Under the pieces are notes generated by a model. The model was not told the origin of the DNA. It was given only the letters and a program-made list of their open reading frames with translations, and ran no database searches. Below are positions 43,521-58,574 of a DNA stretch of 64,000 nucleotides, piece by piece; positions within the stretch are counted from its first letter, which is position 1; every line of letters starts with the position of its first letter. Source of the stretch: the human T2T-CHM13v2.0 reference genome, Homo sapiens; the NCBI RefSeq assembly GCF_009914755.1, contig NC_060940.1, one strand, 5' to 3'. The position numbers were made by a program, and so were the translations under genes.

Positions 43521-44594
43521 GGATATGCCAGACTGTACTTGGAACTGCTGCTCCCTTGGACTCGGTTTCTGGTAATTGTGTTTTCACCAAGTTGTCAAGC
43601 TGTGAACTGCACGTATTGAAGAAGAGGAACAAGGAGTGAAGCTTTTGCAAGTTGCTCATCCTTAAGTAGACTTCAGCAGTCAGAGAGGCTGCCCCCATAC
43701 ATGTTCTGGACACATGGGAACAAGGAGGGTAAAATTCTCATCCTCCATTCTCCCAAGAAGAGTCTTAAAATTTGACACGGGGGAAAGATGAAGACACACA
43801 ACTGGTTTTCCTGGCCACTGTGAAAACCAGTCACCTCATTTTACTAGACATGGCATGTGCCTTTCATACTGAGAGAAAGGAAGTAGCTGTGGAAAACCCC
43901 ACCTTTGGAAGCAGACAGAGCTGAGCCCAAAGCTAGCACTTCCCCCAGCCTGTGGGTACCTGAGATTGAGGCACCCAGCCTCCCCAAGCCTTCAGCTCCC
44001 TGCCTGAAAATGGCACTTTCAGTTAGTTATTGCTCCTGGGCCGTGTACCAGTCACAAAGACAGCCAACCCTTCACACAGCCACTGCTCAGATAGTTGCTG
44101 AGTGAGCCAGTGACAGATTTATCCACCTCTATCTGTAAAGTGAGCATTGATACAGTGTCCTCAGTGGCCCTGAGTGTGCTGGGAGACATGAAGATTCTGC
44201 AGAGTTAAGAGATTCTGGAAAGAGTCCTACAGAGGGCTCCATCCAAACTCTTTCCATTCAAATCCTTGCTATTCAACTTGGGAACAAAATGGATCTTCAC
44301 AATGATAGGATCCTGTAGTCATCACACAAAAGTGATATAAAGGAGGCCAGAAAACTAATAATTTGAGTGCAGATTCTGCATACTGACCAGTCACCTTGTG
44401 TCAAATCTGTTGTAATTTGCCTGAACTTCACAACAATGCTAGGAAGTCCATTTTTCCCCAAAAAATTTTATTTTGAAACCTTCCAAGCATACAACCAAGT
44501 TGAAAGAATTGTATAGTGAACACCCTCATACTTGTCTACTTGTCTTATCACGTATCTACTTTATCCACCAAACTTTTTTGTGGGGGAGAGTTAG

Positions 44595-44927
44595 AGTCTC
44601 TCTCACCCAGGCTGGAGTGCAGTGTTTTGATCATAGCTCACTGCAGCCTCGAACTCCTGGGCCCGAGTGAGCTTCCCACTTCGGCCTCCGAAGCAGCTAG
44701 GATTACAGGTGTGAGCCACCACACCCAGCCCAATTTTTTTTTTTTTTTTTTTTTTAGATGGGGTATTGCTATGTTTCCCAGGCGAGAATAGCTCTGGCTA
44801 TGTTAACCAAGCTGGAGTTTACAGGCTTAGTCTTAGTGCTGTAGCCTCAAACTCCTGGCCTCAAGCAATCCTCCTGCCTCAGCCTCCTGAGTTGTGGGAC
44901 TATAGTTGCATGCCACCACACCTGGCT
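44595..44927 (-). mobile_element. Alu monomers: FRAM-like (44595-44731) plus FAM-like (44733-44927)
   Basis: The second monomer has tttacaggcttagtcttagtgctgtagcctc, resembling the fossil Alu monomer consensus. Confidence 0.7.
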
Positions 44928-47106
44928 TCTCTTCTTTTTTTTTTTAAGATACTTTTCCTTAGAGGTGAGGAAGTGAATCTTTTTAAAAATTTATTTCAAA
45001 GTAAATTGCAGGCCTCAGTACCCTTCTCCCCAAATACTCCAGCTTGCATATCATGAAGTAGAGCTATAAAATTATTTTATTACCCCCCGCCTATAGATGA
45101 GACAACTGAAGCAAAGTCACATGCCCAGGGTCACCACAGCTGGAAGGTGGCAGAGTTACCACTCAACTCCAGGCACTTGGCCCAGGCCCGGCTTGGGACT
45201 GTTGCCCTGCACAGCTTCCCCTGCATTCAGACCTGTGCTTCTTGGTGGGGAAGTGGAGCTGGAATGTGTTAGGAGAACACAAGAGTTTTCTTAACAGTGC
45301 TCTGCCGGTTACTCTTGGTGGTGTGGGCAGAGGGGTGTGGAGAGGCGGCAGAGGCCCGGACATCAGTGTGGCACCTGTAGTGGGACGCCCAGTGAACAGC
45401 TCAAACCTTAAAACCAAGCAGTAGGTCCCAGTTTCCCCGGGTAACTGAATTTCAACAAATACCCCATTATCTACATACCTCATTGCTGGTTTCCTTTACA
45501 AATCCCAGAAATGCCACCAGTACATTTTTTTTTTTCCTCTTCATGTTAGAGGGTGCGGCTTATAGGCCTGGCAGTAGAAAGGTGCCAAGACCCACTCTCT
45601 GTCCAGGAAATATCACACTTCACAACTGCCCCCTTTTCATGCTGGGAAGGAATGCTTTAGGGAGCCACAAAGAAGAAAAAGTAATTGATTGCTACTTGCA
45701 GCAAATAACCCATAAGCTGTTGCTGGGTTGATGGAGAAATGGTTACTTAATTTTCTTCAAAGGATTGATTTGACTGTCAGGAGAAGCAGCCAACCTAATT
45801 GAGTGTGCTAGTTCACACCCTCGGTGGGAACAGTCTCAGCCCTTCTTTTGTCTTGAAAGTGTCCTGGATTATGAAGTCCCCCACCGGAGTGAGTCGAGGC
45901 TCAGGAAGGTCCAGGTGTCCTACCATGCTGTTCTGCCTCTTTCAGGTGATCTGTAGAATTTACCAGGGCCCAGTTCCTTGTCACTCCAGCTCTGCTGGGC
46001 TTACACTGGAATCAGCACTGGCTTCCTTTTCAAAGCACTCAAGTTAGCTCCCAAGGAAACGTGATTTGTTTATGCCCCAGAATGGCTGCTGTTTTCAGTT
46101 TTCAGTGGATTCTGACAGGGTGGTGACCTGGGAGAGATGCATTGCACTGTCCTCCTGGGCTGTTGATTGACCCCTCGGACCACTTAGGCTTCCTCTCCCC
46201 TCCACCCCGCACTGAGCCGTGACTCACCAGGTACTCCCCAGCAGTGCAGTATGGTGGCCAAGGCCCCTCCTGCAGCTGCATTCTGTCATCAGGGAGGCAT
46301 GCGAGGCTGATTTTCCCTCAAGTCACCAATGTAATTCTGTGCCACAAAGAACCGTCTCCATCCCACAGAGGCTGATTCCCCAAGTGTCCAGCAGCTTGGA
46401 AGGGTAGCCATCCTTCTGCTGGTCTGAAGCACCATGAGGGCAGGCTGCTGACTGGTCTTGCTAACTGATGGATTCTAGCATCTGAAAAGAGCCCAAGGGG
46501 CGGACACCCAGCTTCAGTCTCTCCTGCATGCCAGGAAGAGAAACTCTCAAGGGTAGAAGAGAGACAGCATTTCCTAAGCCAAAGAAGGAACTAGGTCTCC
46601 TGCTCGAAGGGGCCACCAAGTGCCCTGTGAAAGGGGGACCTTGCCAAGGCAGTCCAGGAGCATGGAGGTGGCTTCAGATCCTTGGCCACCAGGGAGTTAA
46701 ACCCTCAGGGCTTGCCTGTTGAGAGCTCACATCATTTGACTGTCTCCTTGCCAGAACCAGCCAACATCTCCCACCCACCCTCTGCAGCTAGCCCAGGTAG
46801 AGGGGGCACCAGGCTGTGAGGCAGATGAGTGCTCTCTCTGGCCTCAGCCAGGGGACTGGAATGCCAGGTTTTGATCAGCTTGTTCAGGAGAGTGTGAAGT
46901 TCACATGGCCATCTGGCTGCATCCCTCAGCCACATATGTCACTCATCAGTTTGTGTCATTGGGGAAGTCACTTGTCCTGCTGCAGTTTGTGGCCACCTCA
47001 TAGGATCTGGGACCATGTCAAGTGGAAAGTTGGGGCTTGGCATATAAAAGCACTTTATAAAGGTTGGTCTTGGTGCCAGCAGCCATTGTCATTGATGAAA
47101 CTACTG

Positions 47107-47733
<627 letters not shown>

Positions 47734-48469
47734 CTGATAATCTTTCAGTACATGGCTTTAGAGAACCAAAGCCTGGAATGGTGCTGCATCCCCAACTCCG
47801 GTGAAAGCCAGCAATGCTCAGTGTTTTTTGCCCTCCCTGCACCACCCACAGGCCACTGCAGTTCCCCCTCACTAATCCCTGGTACCAGCGCAGACTCGGG
47901 AATAGAAACAAGTCAGGCTGGATGGGTGTGTGGAGGGGCCAAGACCACAGCCCCTCCCTCACACGTGCAGCCACGGGCCCTCCAGGTGTCCTATCAGCTG
48001 TGGGCCCTGCTCTTGGAATTCCAGGGTGAGCCTGCCTTTCCCTCAAGGGATCAGTGTTCCCTGTTCCTCAGCCCCTCCTGACCTCTGATTAACCACACGT
48101 GCTTGAAAGATTTGCTAATGTTTACTGAACTGCTAATTTAAACTCCAGCCGTAGCCTAAAACAGGCTGTTGGATTTCAAAGCCTTGGAATTCTGCTGGCC
48201 TGGATATCCCCCTGTAAGGAAAAAGACTTGCATTCTAAATGCAGCTGGAGCCACCAATGCTAAGAATTAAATTATGGATTGGCATCCGTATTTTATTGTG
48301 AAGGGATTATTAAAATACAGCAAAAGTCAGTCAGCCCCATTTATCGCTCAGTAATGGGCTACAGCCTGTCAGAGGGGGCTGTAGGGGAAGGCTTCAGCCC
48401 AGGAGCTAAAAGAACAGTTGATTGAGCAGTCCCTGGCCTCCAAGTGGGAGCACCAAAAGACATTAGCTT

Positions 48470-48715
48470 CCTTCCATCCCATCCACAAATACTTCTTCAG
48501 CACCAGCCATTGCCCAGACCCCCTCCAGAGGGTACAGCAGCTAGTGATACTGGTCAGGACCCCTTGTTTTGGGAGCTTACAGTCTGGACAGGGATGCTTC
48601 AACACAGTCAAGAATGACAGGCACTGGGATGGGGCTGGGGATTAGGGAAATGTAGAGAGGGACTGGGGGAGCAGCCAGGGATGAGGGGTCAGGGGAGGCC
48701 TCACTGCAGAGCCCG
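48470..48715 (-). mobile_element. L2 3' fragment
   Basis: catccacaaatacttcttcagcacc...ggagcttacagtct...tcaggggaggcctcactg. Confidence 0.6.
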
Positions 48716-49444
48716 GGGGGCCTGTGTATCTTGCATATTCCATGACCTTACGGGAATTCTGAAAAACAACCGAAAACCATGATTCATTTTCTCCCTCTGA
48801 AGAGACTCATTTAGTCAAGAGTTTGCATTCAGAAAACATGAGTACCTTAGGCAGAAGGGTTCCAACGAGAGAGTCATGGCTCCAGAAATGTCATGGCACT
48901 TCCGAGCAATTTGACTTGTGCTGGGAGAACACTAGGACCACTTCTGACAATGACCACCATAGCTTGCCTCTGTGATGCATGCTGGGCACAGCCCCATGCC
49001 CCTCCCAGATACCCTGGGCAGTCCTGCAGGTGGTTAAGTGTTCTTCTTATAAGGCAGAAACCTGAGACTCAGAAAAGGGAGGTGATCGGCCCAGGGTCAC
49101 ACAGTTTAATAACTGGCAGAGCTGGGCTTTAAACCCAGTCTGCACAGTGCTAAAGCTCAAGTTGCCGTGATACTGCTCTTCATGGTAACAGCATGCTTTT
49201 TCTTTCATGCTTTTTCCTTTTCTCCTCTTCCTTCCCAGCATCTTAAAGTTGTGTTGGGAAATGGTTGTGCTAGTTTCCCTTCATTCTGCTAAATACTTGC
49301 AGGATCTTCCAAGGTCCCCAAAACAGCCAATCCTGAGTTGTTTCTCTAGGCCAGTCTTCTGAGATGCAGCATGTAGCTTCTTGGTGGTACTGAAAGAATT
49401 TTAGAATTTTAGATGTGCCTGGATGTAGCACTAAATTAAATTAC

Positions 49445-49900
49445 CATCACAATTATCTATTGCTGAGTAACCAACCACATATATTAACTTCATGGCTTAA
49501 AACAACTATGGGAATTCATTTTGCTAGCAAATGTATAATTTGCCCAGGGCTCAATGGGAATAACTCTGCTCCACATGGCATCAGCTGGCGTGTATAGACT
49601 GGGAGCTGGCTGTGGGCCTGGACCTTGGTTTCTCTCTGTGGGTGTCTCCATGGCTACTTGGGCTTCCTCACAACATGGTGGATAGGTTCCAAGAGCATTT
49701 TTATGACTTTGCCTCAGAAATCACAAAGCATCACTTCCATTGGTACTCTTTTGGTCTAGACAATCACTGAGGCCCACTCAGGTTCAAGGAGAAGGGTAGA
49801 CCCCACCACTTGATGGGAGGAGAGTCAAAGTCACACTATGAGAAGAACATGTAGGTAAGAAATATTGCTGTGGCCATCTTTGGAAAGTATAGTCCGTAAG
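49445..49900 (-). mobile_element. MaLR LTR, MLT1F/H-like
   Basis: tatctattgctgagtaac...tggcttaaaacaac; gggcttcctcacaacatggtg; gcctcagaaatcaca..gcatcacttcc; ccaccacttgatgggagg. Confidence 0.75.
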
Positions 49901-50657
49901 AAAATCCATTTCAGTGCCCCTCTAGTCTGTGCTGTTACACCAAGGAGAAGGTCTCAGATTCAGACTAGTTTGTCGTAGAAACTCTGTAACTCAGATTTCC
50001 TCTTTTTATCAAAAGAGCAGGCATTAGGCTGTAATTTAATAAATGGTCTTTTCTCCTCTAATCAGTTTTCATGTTTACCTTAATGATTGTAAGTAATTCT
50101 GTTTTTCCATTCATGGTAATGATATGAAGTTTCCTTCTGAAATTTATTTTAATAGAATACAAATGTTTTAGAAAAATTAAGCATAAGCTCTCCTTTGCTG
50201 CTATAAATTTACTCTCGCATGTGCGTATGAATAAGAATGTTCCTTTGAATGTTGTAGCAAAAGCTTCTAAACACTCCGAATGTCTGCCAGTTGGAGAGCT
50301 GTTAAATGGTGTAGAGTTCTCCCTACCGTGGGAGAGAACGCAGCTATGAAAAATCACAAGGAGTGTCTCAGTGCCGATGTGCCATCAGGAAGTGTCAAAA
50401 GTACAATGTAGGCAGTGTGGGTGGCATGCCACCATTTAAGAAAGGAAATGGAGAGGAGAACATAGCCCCATGAGTGCTTGAAAATGCACAGTGGACAGGC
50501 AACAAGAGCCCGTGCAGTGGTTGCCTCTGCAGAGGGGCACAGGAGACACTTATTATCCACTGTAAAAAGGTTTTATACCTGTTAAAATGGGAACCTAGGA
50601 ATGTGTTATCTAGTGAAAGTGGTTGATAAGTTTAATATTTTCAAATAAAATAGAATG

Positions 50658-50978
50658 GGTCAGGTGTGGTGGCTCACACCTATAATCCCAGCACTTTGGG
50701 AGGCCAAGGCAGGAGGACCACTTGATCCAGGAGTTTGAGACCAGGCTGGACAACATAGCAAGATCCTATCTCTACAAAAAAAAAAAAAAAAAAAAGATTA
50801 CCCAGGAATGATGGCACACCTGTAGTCCTAGCTACTTAGAAGGCTGAGGCAGGAGGATCGCTTGGGTGCAAGAGTTTGAGGCTGCGGTAAGCAATGATTG
50901 CACCATTGCAGTCCAGCCTGGGTGACAGACCTATCTCAGTCAATACATACATACATACATACACACACACATACATAT
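50658..50978 (+). mobile_element. AluJ-like with (TACA)n tail
   Basis: Full Alu. Confidence 0.88.
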
Positions 50979-51676
50979 GACATGCAGCAAATTTTCTCCC
51001 CTCCCCAAAGAAAAATAAAAGGTAGTGCCTGGGAGTAGGAGGGCTATGTCACCTTTCCTTGGAACAAGGTTCCGCTAGGAGGCATGCCATACCTTCAGGG
51101 TCCTGGGTAAGATGGAGACATCTGCCATCCTACCTTTTGCCTGTGGGGCCTGGTTCCTCCCCAGAATGGAGGCTTGGTCTGCACAGCCTTTCATGGTCCT
51201 TAGCCTTCCACCTGGGCCCTGAACTCCTCTTGGTGGGGGCCAAGCCTCATTCTCAGTATAGGTACTTAGTGCCTAGTACAGAGCCTGGCCCCAGTAGGCA
51301 CCAGACTGTGCACGTGCACATGTGAGCTGAACTGGACACCAGAGCTCTTGAACTCACAGGTGTGACTGTGAGAAGAACTCACACTTGGAAACATCCACAG
51401 CTATGTCCCAAGGGTGCTGTCAGAGAGCTCTTGGCTTCACGCCATCACCTGGTTCTCAGTGATTGTCTATCATCTGCATGATCAGGCAGAGCCCGGCTGG
51501 CCAGCAGCTTGGCCTAGTGCTGCTCCCCAACCCTGGCTGGGCCTCATAAAGACCTGAGTCCCTTTGTGTAAAGCTGTGGAAAGAGACTCACTTATTTCTT
51601 TATTCAATTTTAAGTGTGCAAATAACATACCTATTTTCCCTTTAGAAAATCAGAGCAGTGTGTAGAAACTAAAATC

Positions 51677-51961
51677 GGCCTGTAATTCCAGCACTTTGGG
51701 AGGCTGAGGTGGGAGGATCCCTTGAGCCAGCAGTTCGAGTCCAGCCTGGGCAACATGGCACAACCCCATCTCTACAAAAAATAAAGAATTAGCTGGGCAT
51801 GGATGGTGCATGCCTTTAGTCCCAGTAACTTGGGAGCCTGAGGTGAGAGGATCACTCGAGCCTGTGAGGCCGAGGCTGCAGTAAGCCATGATCGCTCCCC
51901 TGTACTCCAGCCTGGGTGACAGAGTGAGACCCTGTCTCAAAGAAAAAAAACAGAAAGAAAA
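51677..51961 (+). mobile_element. Slightly 5'-truncated AluJ with 13-bp TSD
   Basis: agaaactaaaatc at 51664-51676 and 51962-51974. Confidence 0.9.
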
Positions 51962-52406
51962 AGAAACTAAAATCACCTTGGAGCTTCTTTTTCTACTCAT
52001 CGTATGTTCTTGAGACTTGGCTCTCTTGAACTCTCTGGAAGGCGAATTCATTCCATGTCATTGCTCCTTGGTGTTACACAGAAGGAATAAACACATTTTA
52101 GTTAGGCTTTCCCTTCTTGCTGGAAAATTGACTCTTCACAGTCTTTTAGCCCACGCGTGTGAGTGTTTTTCTTGGGAACATACCAATTGCTAGGTCATAG
52201 AATGTGAAACTTTCGGTTTTAATAAATAATGCTAATTTGTCCTTCAAAACGGCTATGCTAATTTATTCTCCCACTAGCAGCTTTTGAGAAATGCCAGTTT
52301 CTCTGCATCCTCATTATACCTGATGTTATCAGACATGTTTATTCTTGCCAATCCTATGGGCAGAAGATGGTATTTTGAGTTGTTTCCTGATTTCCCATGA
52401 GGATGG

Positions 52407-52408
<2 letters not shown>

Positions 52409-52458
<50 letters not shown>
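52409..52458 (+). repeat. (GT)25 microsatellite within an antisense L1ME-type fragment (about 52050-52560)
   Basis: Direct reading. Flanks aattgctaggtcatagaatgtg...gctaatttattctcccactagcag are L1ME-like. Confidence 0.93.
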
Positions 52459-52460
<2 letters not shown>

Positions 52461-53649
52461 ATTGGCAATCCCCATTCCTGGCTGCCCCCTTCCCCTCATC
52501 TGTGAATGGCCTATGCAAATCCTTCACGTTTACTACTGTATCTTTGGCCTCTTAAATCATAGGGATAATTGATCTGATCATTGTCTTCTGATAATTTTCT
52601 TAATAGAATCCTAAGCCCCACCCCTGTAGAATTGGAGATTCGATGGGCAGTGAGATCTGGGGATGGTGGATGGATGACCAGGCAGTCTCATGTCACCTGT
52701 CAGCTGCACTGGCCTCTCCTTGCCATGGCCACTCCTGAGTGTCAGGCAGGGAGGCTGCCACATACCACGACAGAGCCGTCTGCCACCAAGTCCTTCCCAT
52801 GGTACCTTAGCACTCAGCATACTCCTGCTGGCTCCCAAATGCATGCATGAAGCCTGCAGGCAGAGGCTTTAGAGGGTGGGCCGAGTTGGATTCCATTCAG
52901 CATTTCTCTCCTGGATTTCTCCTCAACCCAAGACCCCATGGCAGTCCCAAGGTGACTAGCCTGTGTCCCCCAGGGCTCCACAGCCAGGGTGTGGAGCAGC
53001 CGAGGACTGGGGCAGGGTACAGGAGTTCCCTAAAATGATACTGGCGGGACCCACAAAGGAGTCACCCAAAACCCGCAATTCCTTGATCTCCCTTGCGGAT
53101 AGCATTTGCTTGTAATCTGTAGAAGCCGCTTCATTTCTCCTTAACTGCCCCACAGCCTCTGAAAAGCGAGAGCTCCCTCCCTGGGATCCTTCCTGTCTCA
53201 CTGGTGTGGCCGCATTTTAGTTTTCTTATGAAATCTCTCACTGTGTTCTCACAGGGCTTTGATGTCTCAATTACATTTCTGAAAGCTGTTCCGTTCTGGG
53301 GTTTTATCCTTCCTTTTTTGTTCTTTGTGGTGGAGGTGGCAGGTCTTTCTTCCGCTGAAGCCCCTCAGGCAGCCAGGCTCTATGAGGGAGTCGCACTGCC
53401 TGGGACAAACCCCATTGACACTGACGTGTATGACTGTGTCCGTTTTCCCAGATCAAACTCTCAGATGAACTTCTTTTGTGAATGTGAAAACAGAAGGTAG
53501 TCAAGTTGTCCTGTGTAGAGTGAGGAAAGGGAAAGGAGAGGAGGGGGAAGGAGGATAGAAAGAGAAAGAAAGGAAAGAACATGTTTATTGTTTTTGTTCT
53601 ATTTTTAAAGAGTATTTTTTAAAAGATTCCCACTGAGAAAATGCTTTAA

Positions 53650-53952
53650 GTTTTGTTTGTTTGTTTTGAGACAGGGCTCATCACTCTGTCACCCAGACCG
53701 GAGTTCAGTGGTGTGATCACGGCTCTCTATAGCCTCAACCTCCCTGGGCTCAAGTGATCCTCCTGCCTCAGCCTCCTGAGTAGCTGGGACTACAGGCACA
53801 TGCCACTACAGCCAGTTGATTTTTCTACTTTTAGTAGAGGTGAGGTTTTGCCATGTTGCACAGGCCGGTGTGGAACTCCTGGGCTCAAGCGATCCACCCA
53901 TCTCAGTCTTCAAAAGTGTTGGGATTATAGGCATGAGCCACCACGCCCGGCC
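53650..53952 (-). mobile_element. AluJ-like
   Basis: Full antisense Alu. Confidence 0.9.
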
Positions 53953-54171
53953 TGTTTTAAGTATTGAGTAAAGAAAACAAACCCTACCTACCACAAAGAA
54001 AATGTTTATAAGAATGAATATGATGACTTCCTTTTTTAATAATGTAGAAGACTAGTCATCTAGAGAATCATCCAGTATGGAACTAAAAATTCATCATAAG
54101 ATAAACATACTATTGTACATTTTATGTTAATATAATATATTTCATAATATATTAAAACATATATATTATAA

Positions 54172-54290
54172 ATTTTTTTAAAGACAAGGTCTCACTATGT
54201 TGCCCAGGATGAACTCTTGGGCTCAAGCAATCCTCCCACCTTGGCCTCCCATAGTGCTGAGATTACAGGCATGAGCCACCGTGCCCAGCC
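54172..54290 (-). mobile_element. FLAM-like Alu monomer
   Basis: Single antisense monomer. Confidence 0.8.
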
Positions 54291-54320
54291 CTAAAATATG
54301 TTTTTTAAAAAATATTTTCA

Positions 54321-54697
<377 letters not shown>

Positions 54698-55175
54698 GTA
54701 CAAATTCAGTAAAGCCTATCTGGAGCTGGGATTTGCTGTGGGGGTACCTGGCTGACTTCGGGGGTCATGTGCTGGAGAGAATAGAGGGAAACACGAGGCC
54801 TGTAAAGACCGAGAGGACCAACTGGGTGACATCCACATGAAACCAGAATCTCAGACAGGTTACACTGTCGGAGGATTGAACCGAGGCATATGTTGCTGGG
54901 GGTTACCCGAGAAAGGAAAGAGAAATTTACCTGTGCTTTTAGATCAGGATGAAAACTGAAAAAGGAGAGGGGGGAAATCCTTGGAGAATGCATGAGCCCA
55001 GTTTGTTATCGTGTGCTTTGGCCAAAATTGATACCACCCATGTTACCCTTCTCCTCCCCTAATAAAGTTGAGCCAAATATCTGGTTAATGTGCTCCCAAC
55101 AGAACCTATTGGGGTGATGGAAGTATTCCACAACTGGGATGTGGTAATACATAGCCATAAATATACTAAAACTCA

Positions 55176-55518
55176 GCACTATTCAAAATAGTAGACTCAT
55201 GGAGTCAACCCAGGTGCCCATCAATGGTGGACTGAATGAAGAAAATGTAGTACGTATACACTATGGAATACTGTGTACAGCCATAAAAAAGAACTAAGTC
55301 GTGTCCTTTGAAGCAACATGGATGCAGCTGGCAGCCTAAGTGAATTGATGTGGGAACAGAAAACCAAATACCGCATGTTCTTACTTATAAGTGGGAGCTC
55401 AACATTGGATACTCATGGACATAAAGATGGCAGCGATAGACACTGTGTACTGCCAAAGGCAGGGGGGTGACAGGGGTTGAAAAACTGTTGGGTACTATGC
55501 TCAAAAAAAGAAAAAAAT
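55176..55518 (+). mobile_element. L1PA16/L1PB-like fragment (end of ORF2 plus start of 3' UTR) nested in an older L1ME 3' end (about 55105-55615)
   Basis: gcaacatggatgcagctgg...aaccaaataccgcatgttcttacttataagtgggagct...catggacataaagatggc. TSD tactaaaactca at 55164-55175 and 55519-55530. Confidence 0.8.
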
Positions 55519-56242
55519 TACTAAAACTCAAACCGTATACTTAAAATAGGTAAACTGTATACTTAAAATAGGTGAACTTTATGGCGTGTAAATTATACTT
55601 TAATAAAACTATGAAGAAACAACAAAACATCTCACCTACCCTCTTCTAATCAGAGGCTTCTGTTAATGTTTTGGCACATTTTCTCTGTACTAGTATTTCT
55701 TTGTAGGGATAGTTTTTTTTAAAACATACAAAACTCTTGGTAATAACATTTTTATCATCTTTCATTTAAAATTATAATGTTTTCCACAGTCATTGCAATT
55801 ATTTGTAAAACATGATTTTTAACTTGGGCTTATTATATGTGTTCGAAAGTATGTCTTGAATACTTTTCTCATTTTAAAATAATGTCCCAGTAGAGTGGGA
55901 CATAGAATAAAAATGAAAGTTCTCCCCTTAATACTTCTCCCACACACACACACTCCTACCCCCAATTCTCACTTCACTCCTCATGGGTAACCACTGTCCA
56001 CAGTTCGGTTAAACAATTTTTAAATGGGTATATAATTTTGCATCTGGTGGGAAAAAATTGCACTCAAATAGTTCTCCTGTTTGGGGACATTTAGGTTGTT
56101 TCCGGACTGAGCTCTCTTGTTTAAAACATAAGTGGCAGAGGATTGCATACAGCGGTAGACCATAGATCTAATGGTCCTATGTTACCCTGGTGATTTCCAA
56201 GTCAAGGGTAGACATTAAATTAGACATTGAATTTGGGGATAA

Positions 56243-56549
<307 letters not shown>

Positions 56550-57276
56550 TAAGAGAAGGAACCTAGCATATGCAGAGGACTCCTATGCACAAGACCCCAT
56601 GCTTTTCCCGCCTTTTCTCATTTAACGCACCAAACAATTCAAGATAAGGGACGTTAATTCTCATTTTACAAATGGGAAAACTGGTTCTGAAGGGCCAAGT
56701 GCTGTACACATCCAATGCCCATCCATGTACAACATCCACTGCAGGGCTTGGCTTTAAATTGTCATACCCTGAGTTGAGGGCTTGGTGATTCTGTCATGGC
56801 TCAGGGGACTCTTGCTTTACTGTCTTTACTTAATTAGGTGAACTCAGTTTAACCATCACAACTGTAAACTGCCATTAGTCTTTAAAGAAGCACTGAAATG
56901 TTACTGAGGTTCTTGGTTTAAGTAAGTTCCATTTGTCTATTTTTGGCTTTGTTGCCTGTGCTTTTGAGGTCTTAGTCATACATTCTTTGCATAGACCAAT
57001 GTCCAGAGAGTTTTCCCCAGATTTTCTTCTAGGATTTTTATAGTTCTGGGTCTTACATTTAAGTCTTTAATCTATCTTGAGTTGGTTTTTGTATACAGTG
57101 AGAAAGAGGGGTCCAGTTTCATTCTTCTGCGTATGGCTGTCCGGTTTTCTCAGCACCATTTATTGAAGATGGTGTTCTTTCCCCAGCGTATGTTCTTATC
57201 AGTTTCATTGAAGATCACTTGACTGTAAATATGTGGCTTTATTTCTGGGCTCTCTATTCTGTTCTGTTGGTCCATG

Positions 57277-57582
57277 TGTTTTTCTTTTTGTTATTTTTTG
57301 AGACAAGGTCTTATTCTGTCACCCAGGCTGAAGTGCTGTGGTGCGATCTTGGCTCACTGCAACTTCGCCTCTCAGGTTCAAGCGATTCTCCACCTCAGCC
57401 TCCCGAGTAGCTGGGACTACAGGCACACACCACCACGCTCAGCTAATTTTTTTTATTTTTTGGTAGAGACAGTGTTTCACCATGTTGGCCAAGTTGGCCT
57501 TGTAAGTCGTGACGTCAAGTGATCTGCCCACCTCGGCCTCCCAGAGTGCTGGAATTACAGGCATGAGCCACAGCACCCAGCC
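57277..57582 (-). mobile_element. AluS-like
   Basis: Full antisense Alu inside the L1. Confidence 0.88.
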
Positions 57583-57671
57583 TATATGTCTATTTTTATA
57601 CCAGTACCATGCTGTGTTGGTTATTACAGCCTTGTAATTTGAAGTCAGGTAGTGTGATGCTTCCAGCTTTG

Positions 57672-57971
57672 CTCTTTTTTTGTTTGTTTTGAGACCAGGT
57701 CTCTGTCATCCAGGCTGGAGTGCAGTGGCATGATCATGGCTCATTGCAGCCTTGAACCACCCTGGGCTCAAGCCATCCTCCCACCTGAGCCTCCTGAGTG
57801 GCTGAGACTACAGGTGTGGGCCACCACACTCAACTAATTTTTTGCATTTTTTGTAGAGATGGGGTTTTGCCGTGTTGCCCAGGCTAGTCTCCAACTCCTG
57901 AGCTGAAGCGATCCTCCCTCCTCGGACTCCCAAAGTGCTGGAATTACAGGTGTGAGCCATCACACCTGGCC
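57672..57971 (-). mobile_element. AluJ-like
   Basis: Full antisense Alu. agctttgctcttttt duplicated on both sides. Confidence 0.9.
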
Positions 57972-58214
57972 TAGCTTTGCTCTTTTTGCTCAGGTGTGCT
58001 CTGGCTCTTTGGGCTCTTTTTTGGTGCCATATGAATTTTAGGATTTTTTTTCTAATACTGTGAAAAATGATGTTGGTATTTTGATAGGAATTGCATTGAA
58101 TGTGTAGCTCGCCTTGGGTAGCATGGTCACTTTAACGATATCATTTCTTCTGATCCATGAGCGTTGGATGTTTCTCCATTTGTTTGTGTCATCTTCAGTT
58201 TCTTTCTTGGATTG

Positions 58215-58550
58215 CTGATTGTTTTGTTGTTTTGTTTTGTGTTGTGTTGTTTTGTTTTGTTTTGTTTGAGACGGAGTTTTGCTCTTATTGCCCAGGTTGG
58301 AGTGCAGAGCGCGATCTTGGCTCACTGCAACCTCCACCTCCCAGATACAAGCAATTCTCCTGCCTCAGCCTCCCAAGTAGCTGGGATTACAGGTGCCCAC
58401 CACCACACCCAGCTAATCTTTTGTAGTTTTAGTAGAGACAGGATTTCACCATGTTGGCCAGTCTGGTCTCGAACTCTTCACCCCAGGTGATCCACCTGCC
58501 TTGGCCTCCCAAAGTGCTGGGATTGCAGGCGTGAGCCACGGCACCCAGCC
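58215..58550 (-). mobile_element. AluSq/Sp-like with (TTTTG)n tail
   Basis: Full antisense Alu about 345 bp upstream of the first exon. Confidence 0.92.
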
Positions 58551-58574
58551 ATGCTGGTTGTTTTTAAGCTACGG

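Larger units (their letters stand above)
56925..58212 (-). mobile_element. L1 ORF2 fragment (L1PB/L1MA-type) interrupted by two Alus
   Basis: Minus-strand translation [42 protein letters not shown] resembles L1 ORF2p. Typical antisense L1 sequence ccagtaccatgctg..ttggtta. Confidence 0.88.

Noticed and set aside
58038-58337. ORF with reverse-transcriptase-region similarity
   Set aside because: Short decayed L1 ORF2 fragment fused to Alu sequence and interrupted by further Alus. Not a functional RT or a novel retroelement system.
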